From NCBI GenBank assembly GCA_010909165.1, contig VJWM01000204.1, positions 124,001-188,000 on the forward strand: DNA of 64,000 nt, in the 5' to 3' direction. Shown here piece after piece: positions 1-11,461 of the stretch. A program made the position numbers and the translations under genes. Below the pieces are notes generated by a model, which worked only from the letters and a program-made list of their open reading frames with translations, was not told the origin of the DNA and did no database searches. This DNA is from Anthoceros angustus (Eukaryota; Plantae; Anthocerotophyta). The first letter of the stretch is position 1; each line of letters starts with the position of its first letter.

Positions 1-657
1 AATGGTGCTGTTGGCCATCAAACCTATCTTCCTTTGACAAGGAGATGTTTGATGTTGACATTTTGGCTTTTAAGGTGAAGGCTGAGTGTCTGATTGTGTA
101 ATTAACCTATAGTTGAATGGTAATTATTATTATGTGGATTTTGTTAGAGTGTGAGGCCTGGTCTAGGTTGTTAATTTTCTGTTGTATTGAATTATGAATT
201 TCCTAAATTTCTTGTGCAACAATTGGGTGTGGAAAATTGGGCTGCTATGATAGGATGCCAAGCTAGTTGGCAATTTTGTCCTTTATGTGTTCTGGTGATA
301 ATCTGGATGTATCTATATCAAAGTGTACTGAAAATTAGTGTATCATTGTGGCAGGTTTAGGGAAGGAATTTGGATGTAACTCATGTCATAATCAGCGGGA
401 TGTAGGTATTCCCTTAGGCTTAATTCTTCACTTATGAGCAGCAATACGGAACAAGTTTTGATCGAGGAGTATTGCCAAATGTCTTCATTGGCTTCCTTTA
501 GGTATCTTAATTCTCTGTACGTCCTTTACCATTCGAATTGTTCAGCTTGTTTATCAGCACGTCTTTGCAGACGTTGGCGCCGCTGATAGCCCGGCTTATG
601 CGTCCTGTGCAGAGCAAATTGCTGGGATACAATTGGTGGCAAGGAGCACAATTACTA

Positions 658-668
658 CTCTGATACCA
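658..668 (-). promoter_or_regulatory. Primer-binding site complementary to the tRNA-iMet 3' end
   Basis: Plus-strand ctctgatacca = TGGTATCAGAG on the minus strand, 2 nt from the LTR end. Confidence 0.8.
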
Positions 669-670
669 TA

Positions 671-982
671 TGTGAAATCACGATGGATGAGGCAGTTATG
701 CCTTGATGCTTAATTAAGAACATGAAGTCTTGTTGTACATAAGAGGGCTGATGCCCAAACGTTATGTGCGTTTAATGAACGGCTAAGTAACAGTTCGTAT
801 CTTCTTAATTAATTTATTACGAACCGTACCCTAAGGGCTGGTTGCTAACTAGCTCAATACTTATCTTCTTAATTAATTTATTACGAACCGTACCCTAAGG
901 GCTGGTTGCTAACTAGCTCAATACTGATTACCGTAGATTCTTTGTGATACTCGAGCAACCGTATGTGTAAACAATATTCACA
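671..982 (-). repeat. Long terminal repeat (about 312 bp) with an internal 64-bp tandem duplication (798-925)
   Basis: TG...CA ends with tgtgaa/ttcaca inverted repeats next to the PBS. The unit tatcttcttaattaatttattacgaacc...agctcaatact starts at 798 and 862. Confidence 0.7.
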
Positions 983-1394
983 ACTCCTTGAATGTGGTTG
1001 TACTAAACCTCACCCTAGCGTGTTTTATTAATTTTGTATATGTGGTGATGTTCAGATGAGCACACAAGATATGAAGACTTCCAATCGTTAGATCTTCAAC
1101 ACAAAAAGCATACAAATCTTGCCTCAATCTAAGATTTTCACTTACTGACTGCCGACAAAGTTCTTCACCTAAAACTCCAAGATCTGCTCTCATGCTCTGA
1201 GTTTGAATTTGCAAATTAGAGATCCTGGCATCTAGATGCTTATTTTGGTCCTTAGGTTGCTTGATATCTTCACGTACAACTTGAAGTGGTTTTCAATTCT
1301 CTTATCCAATTGTTTATCCTTTCACTTGAGAAAAGCAACTTCATTAAGAAAGCCCTGACCACAGCGACAAAACTGAGCAACCTAGAAAAAACAT

Positions 1395-1613
1395 TGCAGT
1401 TCGTGGCGATGCATGAGGAGAATGAATTTAAGACCCTCCCCACTTAGCTCTCGTGGAGCTCATATTGCAAGTAAGCAATCATGGACTTCCAAACTAGAAA
1501 TGATGCAGTTCGTGGCGATGCATGAGGAGAATGAATTCAAGACCCTCCCCACTTAGCTCTCCTAGAGCTCATATTGCAAGTAAGCAATCATGGACTTCCA
1601 AACTAGAAATGAT
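1395..1613. repeat. 109-bp tandem duplication (2 copies)
   Basis: tgcagttcgtggcgatgcatgaggagaatgaatt...aaactagaaatga starts at 1395 and 1504, near-identical. Confidence 0.9.
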
Positions 1614-3300
1614 GGGACCAACGGTATTATTTACTTTGGATGTTAGATGATGGCATTGATTGCATAATCCGAGCTATCATGACCCGAAGCGGAGCAAATT
1701 TTGGACCTTCCTTAGCCACCGAGTCACAGCACCCCAATCGAAAGTAGGTCATTGGGAGTCACATCATCTCGTGTGATCAGATTGTAGCTTGAAACAAAAC
1801 AATTGCATGCATCACGTTATGTCAAAAAAGTTTGTATGTATGTTTTTAGTTTTTAGAATAAAAGCCTTTGTTTGAGTGAAAGCCTTTGTTTGATTGAAAG
1901 CCTTTATGATTTGACCCAGATTTTAGGTTTGTAATACATATCTAAGTTTTTCAAGTCATATACCATAGCATAGAACCCCTGTATGAACTCTTTATGATGT
2001 ATGATATGATCAAATAAAAAATTTTTATACCTCACATAAGCATTATAAATTTGATATATTCTCTTACTCCAAAAAAAAGTAGAAAATATGAAAGTGAATA
2101 ACATTTAATGCAAAAAAAATACTGATTGATGATAGGTAGACTAGAAAAATTTCTCTATTAATGTTTACCAGGGAATAAAATGGATAATAAATGGCCACAG
2201 GGCAAGACCGCGGAGGCAGATTTGGAATTTATGAAGGTAGGAATGTTCCTGTTAATATTGGTTGCCTTTCACGTCCAACGGTTTAGCAATGTATCCTCAG
2301 GCTGTGCATCAAGCTTCTAGTCCGATAAACGCGTGATTGCGTACCTAGTAACTTCCCACTCTTTTGTAAAATATTATAAAAATTACGTGGCCGTACAGTC
2401 CTCGAAACCTGAACTTGAACCCAAGTAGATAACGCAGAGGCGCAGAGCCCTGACCGCTTAAGCACAAGGCGATGCAACTCGCAAAGCGACTCTCGTTTTT
2501 GGTTGAAAGGCGAGGACATGGCGCGAGGCAAGGGCACGGCGAGATACAGACACCGCGAGACGAGGCCAAAGCGAGCCATAGTCACAGCACGGCAGCACAC
2601 GGCGCGGAGGCGCGCAGTTCACCGCCCTTGTGCATACTGACCCTGCAGGTGGGAGCTTCATCGGCCAGGGCCACGCGCCGTCGTTAATCGCGGCCCCTTT
2701 CCCCTGCTCTGGGCTTCAAGACCGGGCTGCATTGGCATAACAGCACATATGAGCTTGCATTTTGAGAAGCCAGTTCTACCACATGTTCAAAGCACCGTTG
2801 CCGTAGCACCGTTGTATGTCACCATAGCTTTTTTCAGAACATTATCACTTCAGTAGAGGTCGTCATTCACACATGCTGTCCTTAACTATGCATCTTCTGC
2901 CTCATCCAGTTGGCTAGACCGGCCGACAAGATCACTATCCACATGTAATGACGATATGCAGGGACGATTCCATGGGCGCATCATCCGAGTGTGCTTGCCT
3001 GAAAGCATGTTGGAAGGCAAGAAATCACATGTGGTCCTCCCTATCACCTTCAGTCCCTCAGTGTCCAATCACGCTTTTAAGTAACGGTATCGGGTGTTGC
3101 CATGCTGCAGCGATCATGTTGTGTACTAAAAGAGGGAGAATGGGGACAAGTGTTCACAGTTCGCATGACTTCTACTCTAAGAACCTAGGCCACCCTCTGT
3201 ACTTCTCGTTTCAGCCCAGCTAGTACCTGAAGTGCAGTACCCACTGCATCTGTGAACATTAACCAGTGTAGGGAGATGGAACAATGATTCAACCAGAACG

Positions 3301-4814
3301 TCAATCCAACAGGACTCCATATGTAGCCAAGTCCTGCTCCAGCTTTGCTGCCGACTCAAACAAGATGCCTGTCATGCCAGCCTCTGCTGCGGCTGCTACG
3401 TTCACTTGCCTGCCACAAAGGTTTGCTGAGAAAGATGGTGACACTCTGCATGACTTGCCCAAAAGATTGAAGTAGAGGGATGCACATGTCCCCACCAATG
3501 TACCTGTCGTCAACAAATATGCAAGAACTCGGAAGAACATCCAGTACTTGGACTGCTCTTGTATAAGCTTGTTGGTCAGGCTTTCTCAGACCTGTGTATA
3601 CACGCCCAATTCAGAATTTGTACACAACACAAGGACACATTAGGCAATACGTCTGGACATACACTAGGACAGGACCACCATAGGCTTGGCTGACAGTGCA
3701 TTCCACAACAGGTTTTCAGGCATGACGGCTGGAGCTTGTTGTCGAGGAGATGAGGGTTCAGCCTACAAAGGCAAACAACGGTCTTGCATTCGGAGATGTG
3801 CCACAAAGTAGTCCATGATCACTTGCACAATGTGGGTAAACGTAGAACACTAACCCATCTCACAAGAAACGAAAGTCCATGCCAGGTACTTGGATAGCCT
3901 CAGCTTCTCCTCGATCATCCTGTACCTGTACAAAGCAAAGGACATCTTTCACATCAGCAGCCTTGCTCAGTTAGTTTAGGCCACCAGCGAATCATGTTTC
4001 TGATCATTCTTGCCATGACCTGTACCCAGAAATGCCACACCTCACCTACCAGCATGGGTAGTTGGTGAAAGCGTGCATTTCATAGCCTGCTCCTTTCAGC
4101 CGTAGTAACAGAGACTCCACGCCATCCAGATATCCATATTTCCCGGCCATGCAATCCTTCAAACCTAGGATTGCGGAAGCCATTGGAAAGGAGATTCTAG
4201 ACCTACTCCAAATATTCAAGCACAAACATGCATCCACCTTTCAACACCTTTTGAGTCCCAAACATACCGCTGTAATTAAACTCTCGTCCATCTTCGAAGA
4301 ACGTCGCGACCAATTGCTCCTGCCACATACCACCCAGCTGTGTAACTGACCGAGGGTGACCAGCTGTAACAGTCGCTGGACAAGGCACCACAGACCTCAG
4401 TCAGCAGACCCTTCTCAAACTCGATCCAAGCGGTGGGATGTTTAGCGCTCAGCAACTCCTTCATGGACATCCTGTAGGACAGCAGGTGTAACTGGACTGG
4501 ATTTGAGCTCGGAATGCCCTGAAATTGGTGCACTTCGGGACAGCTCAGGGAAAAGCAACGGTGAGAGACCCGAAGAAACCTGCCATGTCGGTGTAGAAGG
4601 GATCACACACAAGGGTGCCCATCACATCGAACAAGAGCACCGGGAACCGCCTGCAGTCGTCACTGGATGCTCTCTGCTGTTCCTGAATTGCCTCCATGTT
4701 GCACCTCAATTGCACAACGTGGCCTGAATGCGGCCTGAGGCTGCGGAAGCTCGCAGAAAGGTTCCCGCCATGACGCAAGCGACAGGGTGTGGATCGGAGT
4801 AGGCAGCCGACCAT
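3301..4814 (-). CDS. FHY1: HAD-superfamily hydrolase, chloroplast FMN hydrolase (FHY1)-like; multi-exon
   Basis: Transit-peptide-like start, then PVLLFDVMGTLVCDPF (motif I), MHAFTNYP (motif II), LRKPDQQAY and CIFVDDR (motifs III/IV), ending GMTGILFESAAKLEQDLATYGVLLD. GT-AG introns link the ORF pieces. Confidence 0.8.
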
Positions 4815-5013
4815 TGCTACAATATGAAAAACCTCTGGCCCAACCCGATCATCGCTCAAAATGGAAAATGTCAGCCGTTTCTCCAAGCGAAAAACCTCAG
4901 GTCCCACCCGGTTATTTCTCGTGCCAGTGAAGACCTATCTTACACAGTGGACGTTCCAAGCGCCTCCTTCGCTATGTTCATTTTGCTCTTTCTTCGTTAA
5001 AGGGCATGATGTA

Positions 5014-5195
5014 AGCAAAATTCAATCCTGTGCAGCAGGATTGAGTTTATCGAATGCAGTTCACAGCAAAATTCAATCCTGTGCAGCAGGATTGATTTTT
5101 TCAAATGCAGATCACAGCAAAATGCAATCCTGTGCACCAAGGATTGAGTTTATCAAAAGCAGTTCACAGCAAAATTCAATCCTGTGCACAGATTG
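5014..5195. repeat. 51-bp tandem repeat (about 3.5 copies), each unit with an internal palindrome
   Basis: Units start at 5014, 5065, 5116 and 5168. The core tcaatcctg-tgcag-caggattga is a 9-bp inverted repeat. Confidence 0.9.
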
Positions 5196-5447
5196 AATGT
5201 TGCTCACATCAAGGCAGTTATTGCGTGCTGTCCAGTTCGGTAAGTTGAACAGTTACTCCTTGGCGTCCTAAAGCAAGTTCTTATGGCAGGAACTTCCGCT
5301 CGTTGCTCGTTCCCCGTAACACCTTGCCGGAGATACCCGGGCCCAATCCCATCCAACCCAGATTGTTGATTGTTTTGTCTGTCTTGGGTGACCATCCGGG
5401 TTAGCGGATTAATAAACCGAAATAGCCGATGGCTTCATAACTCTCCT

Positions 5448-6934
5448 CTACGAGGACTTGGGAGCTTTCTGTCGGAAATATGCGCTCAGCCAACGGGAGA
5501 GGTTCGACACAAACGGCGTGTAGAAGAAGTAGCAAGACAGAACCCACGTGACCGCGCCCTGGAAAGCCAAAGGGTTTGCCTTGCAGTCAGGAATCGGAGC
5601 CATGAAACTAGAGGGCAAGAGGGAATCGAATTTGGGGAAGTGAGGCAATACCACGCCAAAAATCTCGTAATTTGGCTTTGGATAATGCCAGAGCCCGAAG
5701 TACCTGAGAAACGCCAATGAGAGTGATGGAGTTAGATCCTAGCAAAGGTGTGAGATAACTGGACGTAAAGAGAGTGGTTGAAGTAGGATTTACTTTTCCA
5801 CCGGTACTTCAGCGAGAGGAGCGCCGATTCCCACAAGGCAAGCCAGAGCAAAACCCCACCAGGTGCCCTCAAACAAGACCCAGTTCGCCTCAGCTGCGAT
5901 GAACAAGATGTAGGCTTCTATGTTGTATGGCACGCCTGCTTTGTACAGTTCAGCACTGAGCTCAAGCAGAGCTGCCAAAGTCCTGTACAGTCATGCATCT
6001 CAGATGTTCATGGTGTCAGTCAGTATGAAGAGAAAAAAACCCTGTGCTAACACCAAGGCAGCACAGGTGTGGAGTCTCACACAAAGGATCCAGCCACCCT
6101 TTTGAGATCAGCTCGAGGTGCCTGGCCCTTGCGAGCAAACTGCCTATCCAGCAGCAGTTGCAGCAGGCCCACCACACAGTAGTACACTCCCAGGAGAGGT
6201 GGAACCTAGGGACACTCCCACTCCGCCCGTGAGCTCGTGCAGGACATGGAGGCCACTACAACAGCAGACGCAACAGTGGATGACGATGTTTTTCAACTCT
6301 CTCCGCATCACTCACGGACTCACCCAGACGTTTGTTTTCAGTCCCAGTATGTTAATCGCGCCATTGTCATACTCTTGTAACCCTACTCGAGAGTGGATCC
6401 CATCCAGAAGAGGGCCCAGCAGGAAGCCAATGACGAAAAGGCTAATTGCTACCTTGGGCCAGTCTTGCAAGGCATCTACAGGCGTCCCCGGAAAGCAATG
6501 CCCAGAGGCTTTATCAGCCACAGTTGCATCATCCCAGTCCCGCCAGAACAACGTGAGTGTTCATGGACGCAGGCTGCATGACATATCAACAAATCCAACA
6601 TCTCACCTGGTTCTCCAGATTCCAGCTGAAGAGGACTGGATGACCCTACATCTCCACTTCTGTCCCGACACACCACTGTGCTGCCGTTTCCCACCTTGCC
6701 CCTGCGTCCTCCCACCCATCCCCAAGACCTGCCACTGAACAGGTGGTGACTACCAGCAGCAGCAGCAGCAGGGCCTCTGCCCTCAAACTTTGCAGACAAT
6801 GCACGCAATTGTGCCATACACTGGCGTGGCAGGGCAGGACGGTGCCTGAGCCTGTGCCCGTCCAGAGGCCCGGATGTCGACCCCGCGGGTGCCACCCGCG
6901 GGGCCTGCAACACTGTGCACATCAGCCCGCGCAT
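5448..6934 (-). CDS. Plant INSIG-like (insulin-induced protein family) multi-pass membrane protein, probably plastid-targeted; multi-exon
   Basis: ATG 6934 opens an R/A/S-rich presequence. Later exons read [34 protein letters not shown]...[50 protein letters not shown] and [21 protein letters not shown], as in this conserved plant family. Confidence 0.7.
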
Positions 6935-7180
6935 GGTGGACAAGCTTGCCCTGCCTTCAGGACATGGATCTGAAGCTGCCTGAGGACGGGGACAATGTGA
7001 CAGAGATAAGATGGATCTCGCCTCGTATTTCGAATATATTACATACATCCATCCCTCGTTCCTGGATTAGGGCACACCAGCTGCTGCTCAGCGGACTCCG
7101 AGAAGACGATGTGCAACCGCAGCAGCACAACGGAAACACCATAGCCGGCGGCCCTCAAAGCTCTGATCTCCCTTGAATGG

Positions 7181-9059
7181 ATGACCGCGCGCGCATGGCT
7201 CTGGGCTGCGCTTCATCACGCTCTGCTGGCGGCGCTCATCATCGCAGTTGCCCGGCTTGACTCAGATCGGTGGCCAGGCCGAGGCGGACCGATGAAGCTG
7301 CTGTTGATCACGTTGGAGTACAAGGCGTCCACGTTCAGCGGGAATGGAGTGTACTCGCAATCGATAGCGGAGTCTCTGGTGCGGGCGGGGAACGATGTGC
7401 TCGTCATCTCGGCCAGGCCTCGGCAGGCGCCGGTGAAGGGGCCGGTTGCAGCAGATGGGGCAGACAGGAGAGGCAAATCGGTGGCTGCGGCATCCCGGCG
7501 TGGAGAGGGGAAACTGGTGGAGATGGAGGTGGAGGTGGATAGGCGGAACTGGGGCAGGCTGGATTGGAGATGCCCTTGGGAGGGCTTCGCAGCAGGCGTG
7601 TCCATGGATTTGGCGCAGAAGGTGATAGAGTTTGATCCCGGATGGGCGTTGGTGGTGGATTGGTCTGCTGTGCCGGCCTTCTCCAAGCTGGTAGCTTTGG
7701 GGACCAGGAGCATCCCGATGGCGTTTCTCAACTTCAGGATCTACTACCTGTCGCAGTATGGAGGAGACGACGGGCAGCTGGAGAGGAATTTCTACAAGTT
7801 CATGGAGTCCCGGGCGGCGTCCATGGCATCTGCGATTGCGGCCCTGAGCGCGGGGGACGCGCAGGTGCTGGCCACGGATTTGGCTAACTCCATGGCCCCG
7901 GGCGTGGTTCCCAAGCCGCTCTGGCCGGCTCTGCGGAAGGACGTTCGGAGCATAGCTGCGCCTCCACCGGTTCCTGGATACATGATGAGGAAGACGGAGA
8001 GGGGTGGAGCGGAGAGTTATGATGCCTGGGCCAAGGAGCGCAAGTTTCTGACCTGCTGCGTCCGGCTTTCTCCGGAGAAGAATGCGCTCATGTTCGCTTT
8101 GCTTGTTGAGAAGCTGGCAGGGTTCTTGGCGGAGCATAAGATCACACCGGCCATCTGCGGGGGTGCTAAGGAGGATGCGTATGCTAAGACGGTGAAAGAC
8201 AGGGTGAAGAAAGCGTGCCCTGTGGCTGTCGTTTATGAGACCTTCATGGGGGCTACGGAGATGGCTGACTTGTATGCGCGGACTTTGTTGAATGTTCATC
8301 CCTGCGTCTACGATGCCTACGGAATGACCATCGTGGAGGCGGGAGCGTTTGGCACCCCGTCCATGGTGCACGTGGGAAAGGGAGGGATTGTTGGTGCAGC
8401 TGAGCTTCTGGATCCAAAGGCCGGGCTTGCCTTCGGGGTGGACATGAACTCCTCCGCCGCGAAGATTGCTGAGGAAATCAAGATGGTTTTGCGGGACAGG
8501 CAGAGGGTTGCCAGAGTAGGGAGAGCCGCCGCAACCAAAAGCTTGTCTTGGGATGAGGATGCGAATGCCAAGCAGCTACTGGACATTCTACAAGCTGGGG
8601 AGGCCTATTTGCGGCAGCAAGGTAATGTCCTACCCAAGTTGCAGGATCACTTGTGGGATCCCCCATCGCTCGCTACCTCCGGATGAAGTCTGAGTGAGTG
8701 TCCGCTTACCGTCTCTCCTCCCCCATTTGCCACTACACTCAAAATCATTTAATAACGCAGAAGAGCAAGAAGCGGATGAGGAACAGGCAGAGGTGGAGCT
8801 AGAGGAACCAGACGACGGCGTGTCTATCTCAGTGGACGATTGTCTACAAATATGTGAATTAAGTGAGCAGGATGCGGAAACGCTTAGGCGGTCGATGCAA
8901 AACCTCCCTGAGAAGTACAAACTAAGTAAAGAGGAACTCGAGGAGGAACTGGATGGGCAAGATGACATCCATGAGCACGAAGAACTCGAAGAGGAAGTAA
9001 GCCAGGAACCAGCAACAACAGAGGCCACCACGAAAATGCTCAAACACCACCAAATTTGA
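7181..9059 (+). CDS. Glycosyltransferase family 4 (GT-B) with N-terminal signal anchor and a spliced acidic C-terminal exon (exons 7181-8621, 8761-9059)
   Basis: MKLLLITLEYKASTFSGNGVYSQSIAESLVRAGNDVLVI (GT4 N-terminus), VRLSPEKN and PCVYDAYGMTIVEAGAFGTP. Donor CAAG|GTAATG at 8622 and acceptor ACGCAG|AA at 8760 join in frame to the Glu-rich exon. The unspliced ORF stops at 8686. Confidence 0.8.
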
Positions 9060-9104
9060 ATGCAACTCATGGAAGAATTTCCTACACTGCACTCCGACCA
9101 TTGC

Positions 9105-10309
9105 TTAGGAAGTGTGCCATCGCTCATCAGTCGAAATTTCAAAACGCGCACGCCCCCTGCAGGATTCCTGGAACGCCTTCTCCAGCCCCTGGAGGCCGTC
9201 CACTTCCACCAACAGCTGGAGAGACACACCCCCATTGCCAGCATGGTCATACTCCTCACCCACCTTCTCGACCCCATGAGAGTGCAGCTGCAGATACAGC
9301 ACAAGAACCTCCTCCATTAGGACCGAGAGACACCTCCGAGACAAAAGGTGCTTGCTTATCTACAGGCATGACTCTTCCCGAAGTAATGATACCAGTGAGT
9401 AGATGACGCCTAGCAAGTCATATGGTGCGCGCACCGTCACAGCAATCTGCACACCAGGTCAAGTCACATCCTTAAGAGCATGTCACAAAAACATGCAGCA
9501 TCCAAGCTTAGCACAGTAGTTCGTAGACCAGATTTTTACTTTGGCCTTGTGCTGGATAGTCTCAGCTCCCTTGAGACAATCCGCTGTCACTCCACCGTAA
9601 GCTCTGACCAGCCCGCCTGTTCCAAGCTTGATTCCACCGAAGTACCTGATAACCAGCACCACGACTCTGTCGAGGCCAGAAGCCACAATAGCCGAATGCA
9701 TGGGCCTTCCTGCGGTACCACCAGGCTCACCATCATCACTGAAGCGAACCCGGTCTCCAATCTGCCACACAAGCGGGCCAATGAGCAGGCACCGGCGGAA
9801 CGTCAGCCCTCTCTGCTCCACATGAAGCAAGCACCAAGCAGCCGACCTTGAAAGCCCAGCAATTGTGGGTGGCACCGGGGTCTCGCATCTGCACCGCCCA
9901 CTCACGTCAGCGTCCCCGCAACAAGAAAACCACGCGCATCCCGCATCCCGCATCCCGCATCAGCACAACCATGACCAAACCCATCACCCATTACCTGAGC
10001 CAGAAAAGCCAAAGCTTCCTCCTCGGAATCGGCAGGGGCAGCCAGGGCCACGAACTTGCTGTGCTTCACCTCTATCTCCTGCCTCACCTGGCCCGCCAGA
10101 GTCACATAGCTCCTGCCCCCGGGAGACTGGGACGCAGACCTGGCCACCGGCCACTGGAATCGCAGAGGAGGAAGTGTGTGGAAAGGCCGTAAGGCCAAGA
10201 AGGTGGTGCTGCTGGCCGGAGGCCAGGCAGGAAGTCCATGGAACCAGCGGCTGGCTCCACGACCGTGACCATAAACCACCCTCCTGACAGCAGCCAAGGA
10301 AGTGCACAT
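9105..10309 (-). CDS. IMPACT/YigZ (UPF0029) family protein with organellar-type presequence; multi-exon
   Basis: EIEVKHSKFVALA, RDPGATHNCWAFK, FSDDGEPGGTAGRPM and VLVIRYFGGIKLGTGGLVRAYG are the YigZ/IMPACT signatures. Confidence 0.9.
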
Positions 10310-10537
10310 GGTCGGTCCAGCTCCAGCTCCAGCTCCAGCTGCAGCTCCATGGCCATGTCCAGACTCGGTGATCGCATCTAACCTCCATCGCCCCCGGTTA
10401 AACCGAGATTAGTCAGCAGGTTACGTAATTCGTGTCACGGGAGTCGAATCAGTCGTTCGAGCATTTGTGAAGGACTGGAAGGAAAACGAACAGAGCGCAC
10501 TGTAGTGCTCTTATCCGCTTTCACTTGCCCTTCAGCG

Positions 10538-11461
10538 ATGGCTGCCGCCGCAGCTGCCGCAGCGACAGCAGCCGGGCAGGCGCTTTGGCTACCCAGCGGG
10601 TGTGTAGACCTCGGTCGCAGCTGCCAGCCCGATCTGCAACCTTCAATGGCCTGCGCGCTGCGCCTGCCTGGGCCAGCGGCAGCCTCAGCAGCAGCAGATG
10701 GCAGCAGCTGCTCCCAAGCGGGGATGGTTGTGGCCATGGCTGCCGTGACTCTGCCGGTGCTCACGTTCGAGGGGAGCAGGCGGGGGCCGCGGAGCTGGAT
10801 CTGCGGGTGGCGCGGGCCGAGACGGCCAAGGCTGTGGTGCACCGCGGGTGATCTCGGAGATGGCCAACAAGCGGCGGGGACGGCGTCCACGCTCACCCGG
10901 GCGGAGGTGCGGGGAGGAGGCCGCAAGCCGTACAAGCAAAAGGGCACGGGCAGGGCGCGGCGGGGGTCGCAGAGGACGCCGCTCAGGCCCGGAGGAGGCG
11001 TCGTGTTCGGGCCCAAGCCCAAGAACTGGGGCGTGAAGATGAACCGCAAGGAGAAGCAGCTGGCCATCAGCACGGCCATTCACAGCGCGGCCGTGAACAC
11101 CGTGGTGGTGGAGGACTTGGACGACAAGTTCCCGGAGCCTAAGACCACGCATTTCCTGGCTGCGCTGCGCAGCTGGGGCATCAGCCCCAGCGCGCACCAC
11201 TCGCTGCTCTTCACCACCGATGTGAGCGAGAACTTGCAAAAGTCTTCCAGGAATGTGGGCACCTTCAAGCTGCTCACGCCCAGGACGCTCACTGTCTACG
11301 ACATTCTTAGGGCGGATAAGCTTGTCTTCACCAAGTCTGGCGTCGACTACCTCAACAAGACCTATGGGGAGACTTATGTGCTGGAGGAAGTGGAGGACGA
11401 CGAGGACGAAGAAGATGATGGGGAGGAAGATGAAGAGGAGGAGCAGGAAGCCCAGCAATGA
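10538..11461 (+). CDS. RPL4: Plastid 50S ribosomal protein L4 (uL4c), intronless; three single-G deletions locally shift the frame
   Basis: GTASTLTRAEVRGGGRKPYKQKGTGRARRGSQRTPLRPGGGVVFGPKP, KMNRKEKQLAISTA and LLTPRTLTVYDILRADKLVF, with an acidic tail and N-terminal transit peptide. Confidence 0.95.
   Translation: MAAAAAAAATAAGQALWLPSGCVDLGRSCQPDLQPSMACALRLPGPAAASAAADGSSCSQAGMVVAMAAVTLPVLTFEGSRRGPRSWICGWRGPRRPRLWCTAGDLGDGQQAAGTASTLTRAEVRGGGRKPYKQKGTGRARRGSQRTPLRPGGGVVFGPKPKNWGVKMNRKEKQLAISTAIHSAAVNTVVVEDLDDKFPEPKTTHFLAALRSWGISPSAHHSLLFTTDVSENLQKSSRNVGTFKLLTPRTLTVYDILRADKLVFTKSGVDYLNKTYGETYVLEEVEDDEDEEDDGEEDEEEEQEAQQ

Larger units (their letters stand above)
1..982 (-). mobile_element. 5' end of an LTR retrotransposon (Copia-like): 5' LTR, PBS, leader and gag start; runs off the left edge of the window
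   Basis: On the minus strand the LTR-like segment 982-671 starts TGTGAA and ends TTCACA (terminal inverted hexamer). After 2 nt comes TGGTATCAGAG (668-658), the initiator-tRNA-Met PBS. ATG at 61 opens MSTSNISLSKEDRFDGQQHH, resembling the K/R-FDG start of Copia gag. Confidence 0.75.

Noticed and set aside
978-1380. Coiled-coil-like minus-strand ORF remnant
   Set aside because: Interrupted by stops and without a diagnostic motif. Probably TE debris, not callable.
2283-3223. Several 60-105 aa ORFs or a possible miRNA precursor downstream of FHY1
   Set aside because: No family motif, no clear long fold-back and no recognisable mature miRNA.
7216-8371. Long antisense ORFs (171 and 369 aa) over the GT4 gene, and similar ones over RPL4, GH3 and GLP
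   Set aside because: Expected shadows of GC-rich coding sequence, with no independent homology.
9060-9320. Plus-strand ORF directly after the GT4 stop suggesting readthrough
   Set aside because: It is the antisense shadow of the IMPACT last exon, which carries the recognisable family sequence.
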